Source: Ignavibacteriota bacterium
Lineage (GTDB): Bacteria; Bacteroidota; Ignavibacteria; UBA10030; UBA6906
Length of the DNA stretch: 64,000 nucleotides
Direction of reading: 5' to 3'
Assembly (NCBI GenBank): GCA_963801355.1
Contig: CAWDEM010000004.1
Location: forward strand, 64,001 to 128,000
Made by a program: the position numbers and the translations under genes. Below are positions 52,676-61,496 of the stretch, piece after piece (positions within the stretch are counted from its first letter, which is position 1; each line of letters starts with the position of its first letter). The notes beneath the pieces were generated by a model that saw only the letters and a list, made by a program, of their open reading frames with translations, did not search any database and had not been told where the DNA came from.

Positions 52676-53506
52676 CTACCCCCGCCTCGCCACAACGCTC
52701 CATAGCCACGACACTCCCATCACCACTGACGCCACCGCAACGATTGCGGGGGATGCCGGAACATCAAACACGAACGCGAGAAACAGACCCGCGATGGGTG
52801 CCAGCGCACCGATCACCACAGACAGGACAAAGATTGCCTTCACGTTGCGCGTGAGCAGCATTGCGGTCACCGGCGGTATCACGAGGAAACCAAATACAAA
52901 GAGATCCCCCACCATGTGTGTCGCAAAGGCAATCACCACTGCCGCAATAAGGTAAAACGCCAGATTCCATCCCGCCGCATTGAACCCCTGTGTTTGCGCC
53001 GTCTCCGGATCAAAGGAGGTGTAGGTGAACTCCTTGAAGAAGATCAGATGGAGTGCCATGGCCACCACGAACGCGGCCACCATCAGCTCAAACAACCCCG
53101 GAGTCACAAACAGGATATCCCCCCGGAGCAGATTCTCGATTTCCGAGACTTCCACCCGCTGCGCCTTCTGCATGATAAGAATCCGTGCTGCAACAGAGGT
53201 AATAAACACAACACCCAGCACGCCATCGCGCGGGATCTTCTTACCCGTCAGCATCCGTGAAATGATCACCACGGTCAGCAACGTAATGCCCAGTGAACCG
53301 ATCGTGTGGGGAACGGGGAAGAAAGGGAGAAACGTAAGCGCAAGTCCCATCACCGACACCTGCGTCAGCACTGCGCCGAGAAATACCACCCTGCGGGCGA
53401 CAATGTAGACACCGAGAAATGCGCACACGATCCCCACCAGAATGCTGCCATAGAGCGCGAGGGGAAATTCCTGGACTATGGTCCGGAGGATATCAGCGGT
53501 TCCCAT
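52676..53506 (-). CDS. Zn/Mn ABC transporter permease (ZnuB-like)
   Basis: LGVYIVARRVVFLG, L.GDILFV, SFDPETA and LVIPP.TA; about 8 TMs. Confidence 0.9.
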   Translation of the reverse strand: MGTADILRTIVQEFPLALYGSILVGIVCAFLGVYIVARRVVFLGAVLTQVSVMGLALTFLPFFPVPHTIGSLGITLLTVVIISRMLTGKKIPRDGVLGVVFITSVAARILIMQKAQRVEVSEIENLLRGDILFVTPGLFELMVAAFVVAMALHLIFFKEFTYTSFDPETAQTQGFNAAGWNLAFYLIAAVVIAFATHMVGDLFVFGFLVIPPVTAMLLTRNVKAIFVLSVVIGALAPIAGLFLAFVFDVPASPAIVAVASVVMGVSWLWSVVARRG

Positions 53507-54263
53507 TTCCGCCTCCGGCAATGATGATCGTGCGTCCATGTGAGCGTTGGACTTCAACCGGCATGTCGTAGATCGCCGAGAGGTTTTCTCCTGTCAATAC
53601 TTCGTCCACGGTTCCAACCGAGAAGACCTTATATTCAACCACCGCAAGTCTTTGCACGTGATTTGCCACATCATCAAGGAGATGACTGACCAGCAGCACG
53701 GTGAGTGATCCCTGACGATGGAGCTCACGGATCAGATCGAGAATCGCAATGCGCGACGCAAGATCCATGCCGTTGGTGGGTTCGTCGAGCACAAGTACAT
53801 CGGGAGTGGAGGCCAGTGCACGAGCTATCAGCGCGCGCTGTTTCTGTCCTCCCGACAGGTCCTTGAACGGCCGGTCGGCCATCTCCTCCATGCCGACGTG
53901 ACCGAGGCTCTGTGCCACCGCTTCCCGGTCCGCTGCGCCCGGCCTCCTGAAATAGCCCAGTTGCCTGTAGCGCCCCATCATCACCACCTCACGCGCGGTA
54001 TACGGAAGAACATAATCCACCGTGTCCCGTTGAGGAACATAGCCGAATCGTATCGGCCGGCCATCCGGACGCCGAACGCTGACAGTTCCTGACTGTGGTC
54101 GAAGGGTTCCGAGAATCGCCCGCACGATTGTTGTTTTTCCTGCGCCGTTGGGACCTACGAGGCCGAAGTATTCTCCAGCCTCCACTCTAAAGGTGATGTC
54201 ACGGAGGATCACGTGGTCTCCGTATCCCAATGTGACGTTCGTAAACGCAATCAGAGGTTCCAT
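53493..54263 (-). CDS. Zn/Mn ABC transporter ATP-binding protein (ZnuC-like)
   Basis: GPNGAGKT, GYVPQ, LSGGQKQR, LDEPT and VSH. Confidence 0.93.
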   Translation of the reverse strand: MEPLIAFTNVTLGYGDHVILRDITFRVEAGEYFGLVGPNGAGKTTIVRAILGTLRPQSGTVSVRRPDGRPIRFGYVPQRDTVDYVLPYTAREVVMMGRYRQLGYFRRPGAADREAVAQSLGHVGMEEMADRPFKDLSGGQKQRALIARALASTPDVLVLDEPTNGMDLASRIAILDLIRELHRQGSLTVLLVSHLLDDVANHVQRLAVVEYKVFSVGTVDEVLTGENLSAIYDMPVEVQRSHGRTIIIAGGGNGNR

Positions 54264-54282
54264 GGCCCTGGTGGAGTAGTTG

Positions 54283-55161
54283 CTATTTGAGGACTGATGC
54301 AAGTGTTGAGACATCATAGTCAATCAGACCTATATAGTCACGCACCTGTTCCACACCTCCTGACGACGTCGGCAGTACAACAACCTTCGCTCCTGTGGCC
54401 CTCGCAATCTGTTCAGGAGCCGATAGATCGTAGAATGGCTCGACGACGATCGCCTTGATGCCGGCCGAGCGAACGAGCGCAATCAACTCCGCAGAATGGC
54501 TCGGGCTCGGAGCAATGCCCGGCTTGGGTTCAACCTCGCCCACAACCTCCAACCCAAGCCACTTCGCAAAGTACGACCAGCTTTTATGGAACGTGACAAT
54601 TTTCCGTCCCGCAAACGGTTTCATCAACGCTTCCCAACTCTGGATCCGTCCTGCGAGTTTCTGCACATACGCATCGGCGTTTGCCCTGAATATTTTTCCG
54701 TCGGCCGGTGAGACTCTTATCAACGCGTTCACGATTTCATCCATAATCGCACGAACATTCCTCGGATCCAGCCAGTAGTGCGGATTGCCGTACCGGTGGA
54801 CATCGCCCTGACTTGCGTCGACGTTTGCCGGGACCTCGATTTTCGTAACTCCCCGTGAAAGATCCACCACAATGAGTGACGCGTTTCGGGAGCCGTCCAC
54901 TATTTGCGGGGCCCACATTTCGAGTTCCATCCCGATTGTCAGAAAGAGATCGGCCGACTTCAGCTTCATCATATAGCTGGGTTTTACTTCCACAAAATGT
55001 GGATTCTGATCCGCGCGCACGATGGATTCCACGCTTACTTTGTCGCCTCCCACCTGCCGCGCCAGATCGGCGAGATCGGGCAACGACGTGACGACCTTGA
55101 TTGCCGCTTCCGAAATTCCGGCCATCGCCAGTACCATCAATGCAGTGATGATCATCTTCAT
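54283..55161 (-). CDS. Zn/Mn ABC transporter substrate-binding protein (ZnuA/TroA family)
   Basis: Signal peptide, NPHFVE, GDVH..GNPHYWLDP, FHKSW and EPKPGI.PS. Confidence 0.92.
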   Translation of the reverse strand: MKMIITALMVLAMAGISEAAIKVVTSLPDLADLARQVGGDKVSVESIVRADQNPHFVEVKPSYMMKLKSADLFLTIGMELEMWAPQIVDGSRNASLIVVDLSRGVTKIEVPANVDASQGDVHRYGNPHYWLDPRNVRAIMDEIVNALIRVSPADGKIFRANADAYVQKLAGRIQSWEALMKPFAGRKIVTFHKSWSYFAKWLGLEVVGEVEPKPGIAPSPSHSAELIALVRSAGIKAIVVEPFYDLSAPEQIARATGAKVVVLPTSSGGVEQVRDYIGLIDYDVSTLASVLK

Positions 55162-55210
55162 GTCATGTTCTCCTTGTGTGACCTTCTATTCCGATCCTGG
55201 ATCCAGCAAC

Positions 55211-55293
55211 AGGCACCAAACATTCCTGCCTCGTGCCTTGTGCCCAGTGCCTCGGGCCTCGTGCCCACCCAGTGCCTCGTGCCCAGTGCCTCC
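55211..55293. repeat. Heptamer repeat array inside the metal-uptake operon
   Basis: tgcctcg tgccttg tgcccag tgcctcg ggcctcg tgcccac ... tgcctcg tgcccag tgcctc. Confidence 0.85.
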
Positions 55294-55327
55294 TAACTCA
55301 TTTCCCCAAAAACCCAGGCCCCCTTTG

Positions 55328-56425
55328 TTAGAACGGATGCGCCTTATGCGGTCCGAGCGAAAACAGAATCTGCAAATCAATGCTGTTCACGCTCCGGCTT
55401 GCTCCCGGCACTTCCACTGTCGTGCGCCCATACTGCAGGCGCAGGCCGAGCGTTTCTTCAACCGGATAGTATCCGGCAAAGACCGCGAAGCCGCTCGCGC
55501 GGTCATCGGTACTGTAAGGCGTCTCTGACCAATCGATCCGTGCCCCGATGCTGTAGGTCTTGAGAAATTGATAGTCAGCGTAGAGATAGTATCCGGAACT
55601 TGACAACGTCGATTCCTCCGGGAGATGGAGGGCCCGCGTATTCACGAGATACTCCCCCTGTACTACGAGCGATGTGTATGCACTAGGGCGATACTTGTAT
55701 TTGAAATCCAGGTTTCCATACCAGAAGCGGTCACGGTTGTACGGATCGTGGATGCCCGTGTAGCCGCTCAATCCAATCTCCAGATCGCTGAAGTCACTCA
55801 TTGTAAAGAAACTTGAGAGCCGCGCAGAGTTCGCGTAGTACGGTGTCCCGCCTGTGCTGTCCACCATGCCGGTTGCACCCCCGATTGCCGTTCCCCTGAG
55901 GAGGTCGACGGTCAGTTTGGTGTAGACCTCTCCGGTCGGCAACAGCACGCTCGCACTGATCCCGAGATCATTCAACGATTCACCAAGAAACCGTTCCTGC
56001 ATGAGAGGAGCTGTAATGAAGGGCCAGGCATGCGGATGGGTCATGTTGAGCTTGCCGAATTCTGCGCGGTACTTCCCGACCCGGAGGTTCATATCGAGAG
56101 GGAGGCCACGCAGCACAGTCGCGTAGACTTCTTCTATTCCCAGCTTGCTGTTCTCAAGATCGGGCCCGGGCAGGGTAAGCACGACATCGGCCTTTGAAAA
56201 TGGATTCAGGTAGGCCTGCAGGGCAAGTTCAAGTTCTTCAAACGAGAAATCGGGTCTGCTGAATTCGCGGCTTCCTCCGTCGAGTTTCTGCCCATCGTCA
56301 GAATGGACGAGGAACCGCGGAATGACGCTGATATCGGGATTGACGGTGGTTTGGGCGACGGCTGCAACCGGAACACCGATCAACAGGCCGGAAAAGATCA
56401 ACAGGAAATGCGTGGAACACGGCAT
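55328..56425 (-). CDS. Outer-membrane beta-barrel protein associated with Zn ABC uptake
   Basis: Signal peptide, NPDISVI, EELEL, IEEVY, GKYRAEFGKLN.THPH and C-terminal LGPHKAHPF; GGAGG RBS before ATG 56425. Confidence 0.75.
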   Translation of the reverse strand: MPCSTHFLLIFSGLLIGVPVAAVAQTTVNPDISVIPRFLVHSDDGQKLDGGSREFSRPDFSFEELELALQAYLNPFSKADVVLTLPGPDLENSKLGIEEVYATVLRGLPLDMNLRVGKYRAEFGKLNMTHPHAWPFITAPLMQERFLGESLNDLGISASVLLPTGEVYTKLTVDLLRGTAIGGATGMVDSTGGTPYYANSARLSSFFTMSDFSDLEIGLSGYTGIHDPYNRDRFWYGNLDFKYKYRPSAYTSLVVQGEYLVNTRALHLPEESTLSSSGYYLYADYQFLKTYSIGARIDWSETPYSTDDRASGFAVFAGYYPVEETLGLRLQYGRTTVEVPGASRSVNSIDLQILFSLGPHKAHPF

Positions 56426-56428
56426 AGT

Positions 56429-56486
56429 GCCCTCCAAAATCTTTCACACTGGATGGTTGCGATCGTTCAGACGACCGCAGGAGGGC
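56429..56486 (-). promoter_or_regulatory. Anti-SD/SD pairing plus stop-codon hairpin linking the leader ORF to the OM gene
   Basis: On the mRNA, GCCCUCC (56486-56480) is complementary to GGAGGGC (56435-56429). Hairpin UGCGGUCGU-CUGA-ACGAUCGCA at 56479-56458. Confidence 0.7.
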
Positions 56487-56850
56487 CGCGCTTTTCAGGT
56501 AAGAGGTGATTGCCCGAGGATACCGGGGGAATAGTAAGAGTGCAGAATTCCGCGGAATCATCGTGGACCGCGGAAATATCAACGGATTCAACAGGCGCAC
56601 TGAATCGCTGATGCAACTGCCAGCAAAGAACGCACGGACGGATGTTATCCAGCGGAATGTGATGCTCCTGATCGCCGCATTCATGAGCTGCCAGGGCGGG
56701 GTCAGCGACGAGGCGGAGGGCAATCGCGTGTGTGTGTCCGAAGACACCAAGACCTCCGGCAAGCTGGGTGGCTAGCAAGAAGATGCCAATGCCGCGACGG
56801 AGTACGTCCGCGCCGTGCCGAGTTCCGCTATGATGGGTTCGTTTGAGCAT
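56467..56850 (-). CDS. DUF2946-like His/Cys-rich leader protein ending in an RGPP arrest-type motif
   Basis: Basic-hydrophobic N-terminus, HTH, HEC, HH, CVLC, and terminal KRGPPAVV*; 41 nt upstream of the OM gene. Confidence 0.75.
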   Translation of the reverse strand: MLKRTHHSGTRHGADVLRRGIGIFLLATQLAGGLGVFGHTHAIALRLVADPALAAHECGDQEHHIPLDNIRPCVLCWQLHQRFSAPVESVDISAVHDDSAEFCTLTIPPVSSGNHLLPEKRGPPAVV

Positions 56851-56896
56851 TGCTCACACAAGAACAGCAAGAAGGCTCAAGAGATTCCCGGCCGAC

Positions 56897-58063
56897 TCAT
56901 TCTCCTGCCGGCCGACTGATGACTCCCAGTACCACAGGTTTTCGCGCGCCTGTTACGCGGGGAAGATTTGCGCAATTCCCGTGCACGGTCTCGTTCGCCA
57001 GAATGGCAAAGCAGATCGCTTCCTTCGCGTCACCGGACAACCCGTAGTCATCCACCGGCTTCACCACTGCGCCGGCAAACAAGCGCTGCAGTTCTTCAAG
57101 AAAAAATCTGTTCCGTGCCCCTCCGCCGCTCACGATAAGTTCATCGACCTGCGCGGAGCGGGGAATGAACCGGCGGTACGCGTCATGGACGGCAAAGGGA
57201 GTGATCGCGGAGACCGTCCGGATGATATCAGCGTGCTTTTCTCCCTTCGCGGCGTGAAGGATCCGGCTGACCATTTCTTCTCCGAATTCTTCGCGCCCGG
57301 TGGACTTCGGCGGACGGCGGCGTAAGTAGGGATGCTGCGCAAGCAGGCGGAAGAGCCCGGGGATGACCTGTCCGCGTGCAGCAACGGCTCCATCGGCGTC
57401 ATATTTCCGTCCGTAGAACCGCTGCATGAGCGCATCCACCAGCATATTGCCGGGACCGGTATCGAAGGCGATGACGTCAGCGGACGTGCATCCCCGCGGC
57501 AGGAGCGTGATGTTGCCGATGCCGCCGATATTCAGAAGAAGACGGCACTTGCTCCGCGACCGGAATATCAGCCAGTCGAAGTACGGCACCAGCGGCGCCC
57601 CCTCTCCCCCCACCGCCATGTCCGCGTTCCGGAAATTCCCCACCGTAGGAATCCCCGTCAACGTCGCTATCACCGAAGGATCACCGACCTGAAGTGTCGC
57701 CCGGACAGTTTTTCCGAACATTTTCACCGGATGCGGAAGGTGATGCAGGGTCTGGCCATGTGAGCCAATGAGGGATATCTCGCGGAGGGCAACGCGGGCT
57801 TTCTTTGCCAGAACGGCCACCGCATCAGCGTAGAATTGCCCAAACAGCACATTCAGTCTTGTTATCTCATCCACCTGGCTTGTTTCCGGAACAGAGTTCC
57901 TGAGCACAAGCTCTCGCAACCCTTTGGGAAACGGCAGTTCAACATACATCAGCTGGCGGAACTTTGTACGGAGCCCTGCCCCCTGCACCCTCAGCAGAAC
58001 TGCATCAATACCGTCCAGCGACGTACCTGACATCAGCCCGATGACCAGCCGCGATTGGGACAT
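56897..58063 (-). CDS. anmK: Anhydro-N-acetylmuramic acid kinase
   Basis: IGLMSGTSLDGID, GSHGQT, DMAVGGEGAPLVP, NIGGIGN, FDTGPGN, PPKSTGRE and KEAICFA. Confidence 0.96.
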   Translation of the reverse strand: MSQSRLVIGLMSGTSLDGIDAVLLRVQGAGLRTKFRQLMYVELPFPKGLRELVLRNSVPETSQVDEITRLNVLFGQFYADAVAVLAKKARVALREISLIGSHGQTLHHLPHPVKMFGKTVRATLQVGDPSVIATLTGIPTVGNFRNADMAVGGEGAPLVPYFDWLIFRSRSKCRLLLNIGGIGNITLLPRGCTSADVIAFDTGPGNMLVDALMQRFYGRKYDADGAVAARGQVIPGLFRLLAQHPYLRRRPPKSTGREEFGEEMVSRILHAAKGEKHADIIRTVSAITPFAVHDAYRRFIPRSAQVDELIVSGGGARNRFFLEELQRLFAGAVVKPVDDYGLSGDAKEAICFAILANETVHGNCANLPRVTGARKPVVLGVISRPAGE

Positions 58064-58090
58064 TATTCGCACTCTTCGTATCTTGGAGAT

Positions 58091-58957
58091 ATGAGTCCGC
58101 CACTATTGCTTGGCACACATGTGTCTGTTGCCGGTGGGATGCACACCGCCTTCGACCGTGCAACGCAGATCGGCTGCACGACCATGCAGGTGTTCGTTAA
58201 GAACGCCAGTCAGTGGAAGGCTAAACCGCTGGGCAGCAGCGACATTGAAAGCTACAAAACTGCACGTGCGCGTGCAACTGTTTCCCCTGTCGTCGCACAT
58301 GCGGCATATCTCATCAATCTCTGCGCCGTGCAACCGGAAACGTTAAGACGGTCATGTGATGCTTTCGAAGATGAGCTCCGGCGTTGCGAAGCTCTGGAGA
58401 TTATGGGGCTGATCGTTCACCCCGGCGCTCACCTTGGTGCCGGAGAAGCCGCGGGTCTCCAACGCATCGCCGAATCGCTGAACGACATTCATGCCCGCAC
58501 ACCCGGTTTCCGGACCCTGACGCTGCTTGAGACTACGGCCGGTCAGGGTACATCGCTCGGATCGACATTCGCCCAACTGCGCCGGATCATCGATGGGACC
58601 GCGGATCCAGCGAGAATCGCGATCTGTATGGATACCTGCCATGTCTTTGCCGCCGGTTATGATATCCGGACGGCGCACGGATGGAAATCGCTGCTTGAGG
58701 ACTTCAACAGGGAACTCGGTCTTGACCGCCTCAAGGTTATTCATGTCAACGATTCCAAAAAGGATATGGGATCGCACGTAGACCGGCACGAGCATATCGG
58801 CCTCGGGCGCATCGGTCTGGAGGGATTCAGATTTCTCATGAATGACCCGCGCCTTGCGGGCATTCCCCTGATCCTGGAAACGGAGAAAAGCGACGATATG
58901 CATGAGGACCGTGAAAATATGGAGCGCTTGCGCTCTCTCATTGGGAAGCGAGCGTAA
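58091..58957 (+). CDS. nfo: Endonuclease IV
   Basis: LGTHVSVAGG, HAAYLINL, HPGAH, LETTAGQG, DTCHVFAAG, HVNDSK, DRHEHIG and ILET. Confidence 0.96.
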   Translation: MSPPLLLGTHVSVAGGMHTAFDRATQIGCTTMQVFVKNASQWKAKPLGSSDIESYKTARARATVSPVVAHAAYLINLCAVQPETLRRSCDAFEDELRRCEALEIMGLIVHPGAHLGAGEAAGLQRIAESLNDIHARTPGFRTLTLLETTAGQGTSLGSTFAQLRRIIDGTADPARIAICMDTCHVFAAGYDIRTAHGWKSLLEDFNRELGLDRLKVIHVNDSKKDMGSHVDRHEHIGLGRIGLEGFRFLMNDPRLAGIPLILETEKSDDMHEDRENMERLRSLIGKRA

Positions 58958-59024
58958 ATGTCCGACCACCATCCGGCCCGTTGACCGGGGCCATCATGTT
59001 GCACATCTCGTCTGGATTCTGACT

Positions 59025-61484
59025 ATGCACCGATTCTCCTGGCTTCTGCTCGCAGGCTTCTGCGCCTCTACACTCCATGCCCAGGAACTTTTCCCCACGC
59101 ATGGCTCCGGAGAGGCGCGCAGCCGCTCATACGATGTGCTCCATTACAGGATCGAAGTCTCGTTCGACGAGTCCCGGCGTATGGTCACCGGCAAGGTGAG
59201 CACTACGCTGGTGCCGTTTCTGCCGGCGTTGCGCAATGTACAGTTTGATGCGGAGGAGATGAACGTCCGGAACGTTGCTCTGCGCAACGGGGTGACACTC
59301 GCCTACACCATGGGTGACAAGACCCTGGACATCACGCTGGACCGTGCCTATTCCTACCGCGACACCCTCACCGTTGTCACCGAGTATTCCTGCACGCCAC
59401 GCCGCGGTCTCTTCTTCGTCCAGCCGGACTCGGCATATCCCTCCACTCCCCGACAGATCTGGACGCAGGGAGAGGATATGGACAACCACTTCTGGTTTCC
59501 GTGCTATGACTTTCCCAACGACCGTGCCACCACCGAGGTCCTTGCCACCGTCCGCTCCCCGTTAACGGTTCTTTCCAACGGCAGACTCGTGAACATCACA
59601 GACAACCGGAAGGACGGAACCAGAACGTTTCACTGGAAGCTCTCGAAGCCTCACGTTTCCTATCTGGTCATGCTCGCAATCGGCGACTACGAGATTCTCA
59701 AGGATACCGCCGGAACGGTGCCCCTGCAGTACTACGTGTACCCGCACCAGGTGGAGGATGCGCGGATCTGTTTTCAATCGACTCCCGACGTGATGCGCTT
59801 TTTCAGCACAACCATCGGTTATGCGTACCCCTGGGAGAAGTATGCCCAGGTGCTCATCCGCGACTTTACCGCCGGCGGCATGGAGAATACCAGCGCGTGT
59901 AGTTTGCTCGATCACGCTACTGTCTTTGACGTGCGGCAGCGTGTGGACCATTCCCCCGTGAGCCTCATTGCGCACGAACTTGCGCATCAATGGTGGGGCG
60001 ATCTTGTGACGTGCAAGGACTGGCGGCATCTCTGGCTGAATGAGAGCTTCGCCACCTACTTCGATGCGCTGTATCAGGAATACCGTCTGGGCCGCGAAGA
60101 ATTCGACCATATCATGTACGAGGCCCAACTGGCCGGCATTAACAGCGACAAGACCTCCGGGCGCAAGCCGATCGTCAGCGCCGGCTCGTACGGCACAAAC
60201 CTGTATCCCCGAGGCGCATCGGTGCTGCACATGCTCCGGTTCGTTCTCGGCGACTCGCTCTTCTTCCGCTCTCTGACATATTACATTAAGAAGCACCAGT
60301 ACGACGTCGTCGAAACGAATGACCTGAAGGTCGCCATCGAAGAAATCACAGGCCAGAATCTCTACTGGTTTTTTGACCAATGGGTGTACAAGGCCGGGTA
60401 CCCGGTGTTCTCAGTCAGCTCCGTGTGGGATGATTCCGCACAATGCGTCCACCTCCACGTGGCGCAGGTGCAGAAGCTGGACAGTCTCACGGGGATCTTC
60501 CGCACGCCGGTGGATATCGAAATCACCGCCGGATCGCTCAGTGTCGTGCACCATCTGGAAATCACAAACGCTGATACTGTTTTCGTTCTGCCAGCCGCGG
60601 AACGACCACGCCGGGTGATTTTCGACAAGGGTAACTGGCTGCTCAAGGAGCTGCAAATCGAAAAACCGGACGAGGAATGGCAGCAGCAGGCCGGAGAGGC
60701 GGGCAATTCCATCGACAGGCTGCGTGCGGTGAAGCAGATGGGCCTGTCGCCGCGCAGTGAACGATACATCCCAGCGCTGGTTGATCGCGTCCTGCATGAT
60801 CCCTTCTGGGCTGTCCGGCGCGAGGCAGTGAACATGCTCGCCATGATCGCCGACCAGCACGATACGTCCTGGACGGCTGTGAAGGCCGCGCTGGTCACCG
60901 CGGCCCGCGATAGCAAGCCGAGTGTCCGCTCCGCGGCAATTGCGCTCCTGACCGACTCGGCGGATACGATCACCCGGGAGACTCTCGTCGCTGCGCTGCA
61001 GGATTCCAGTTATACGGTGGTTGCCCACGCACTGCGCTCACTGGCCAGGGCTGATCCGCGGGGCTGCCGGGAAATCCTTGCCACCCATCTCGCCATGCCG
61101 TCACATCAGGAAATCATTGCGACAGCGGCACTGGATGCGCTTTCGCATGCCGATTCGCTTTCGGGCATCGCCGCCGCAACAGCATGCCTCGCGTACGGTA
61201 CACCGCCGCAGTTGCGGTCTACTGCGCTCTGGATTCTCCAGCGGTTCATCAGGAGCGGGACCGTGCCCGACTCCCTGCTCTATCCTCTGACGCAGGACAG
61301 GAACACAGGTCTCCGGACAGCCGCCGTGCGCATGCTGGGGAATCTCGGCTCTGTGCGGGCGGTGCCGCTCCTGGAGGCCGTGGCGGCCGACCGGGCCAAT
61401 CCGTCCGCCGAGACAGCGGCAAAGAGTATTGAACAAATCAAAAAGCGGATGGAAACAGAGGGCACACTCTCGCACACTGACTAA
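59025..61484 (+). CDS. Secreted M1-family aminopeptidase with C-terminal HEAT repeats
   Basis: Signal peptide, WFPCYD.PND, GGMEN, HELAHQWWG...LNESFATY and YPRG; HEAT repeats (DPFWAVR, DSKPSVR, DSSYTV). Confidence 0.92.
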   Translation: MHRFSWLLLAGFCASTLHAQELFPTHGSGEARSRSYDVLHYRIEVSFDESRRMVTGKVSTTLVPFLPALRNVQFDAEEMNVRNVALRNGVTLAYTMGDKTLDITLDRAYSYRDTLTVVTEYSCTPRRGLFFVQPDSAYPSTPRQIWTQGEDMDNHFWFPCYDFPNDRATTEVLATVRSPLTVLSNGRLVNITDNRKDGTRTFHWKLSKPHVSYLVMLAIGDYEILKDTAGTVPLQYYVYPHQVEDARICFQSTPDVMRFFSTTIGYAYPWEKYAQVLIRDFTAGGMENTSACSLLDHATVFDVRQRVDHSPVSLIAHELAHQWWGDLVTCKDWRHLWLNESFATYFDALYQEYRLGREEFDHIMYEAQLAGINSDKTSGRKPIVSAGSYGTNLYPRGASVLHMLRFVLGDSLFFRSLTYYIKKHQYDVVETNDLKVAIEEITGQNLYWFFDQWVYKAGYPVFSVSSVWDDSAQCVHLHVAQVQKLDSLTGIFRTPVDIEITAGSLSVVHHLEITNADTVFVLPAAERPRRVIFDKGNWLLKELQIEKPDEEWQQQAGEAGNSIDRLRAVKQMGLSPRSERYIPALVDRVLHDPFWAVRREAVNMLAMIADQHDTSWTAVKAALVTAARDSKPSVRSAAIALLTDSADTITRETLVAALQDSSYTVVAHALRSLARADPRGCREILATHLAMPSHQEIIATAALDALSHADSLSGIAAATACLAYGTPPQLRSTALWILQRFIRSGTVPDSLLYPLTQDRNTGLRTAAVRMLGNLGSVRAVPLLEAVAADRANPSAETAAKSIEQIKKRMETEGTLSHTD

Positions 61485-61496
61485 GGTCATGTTCAT

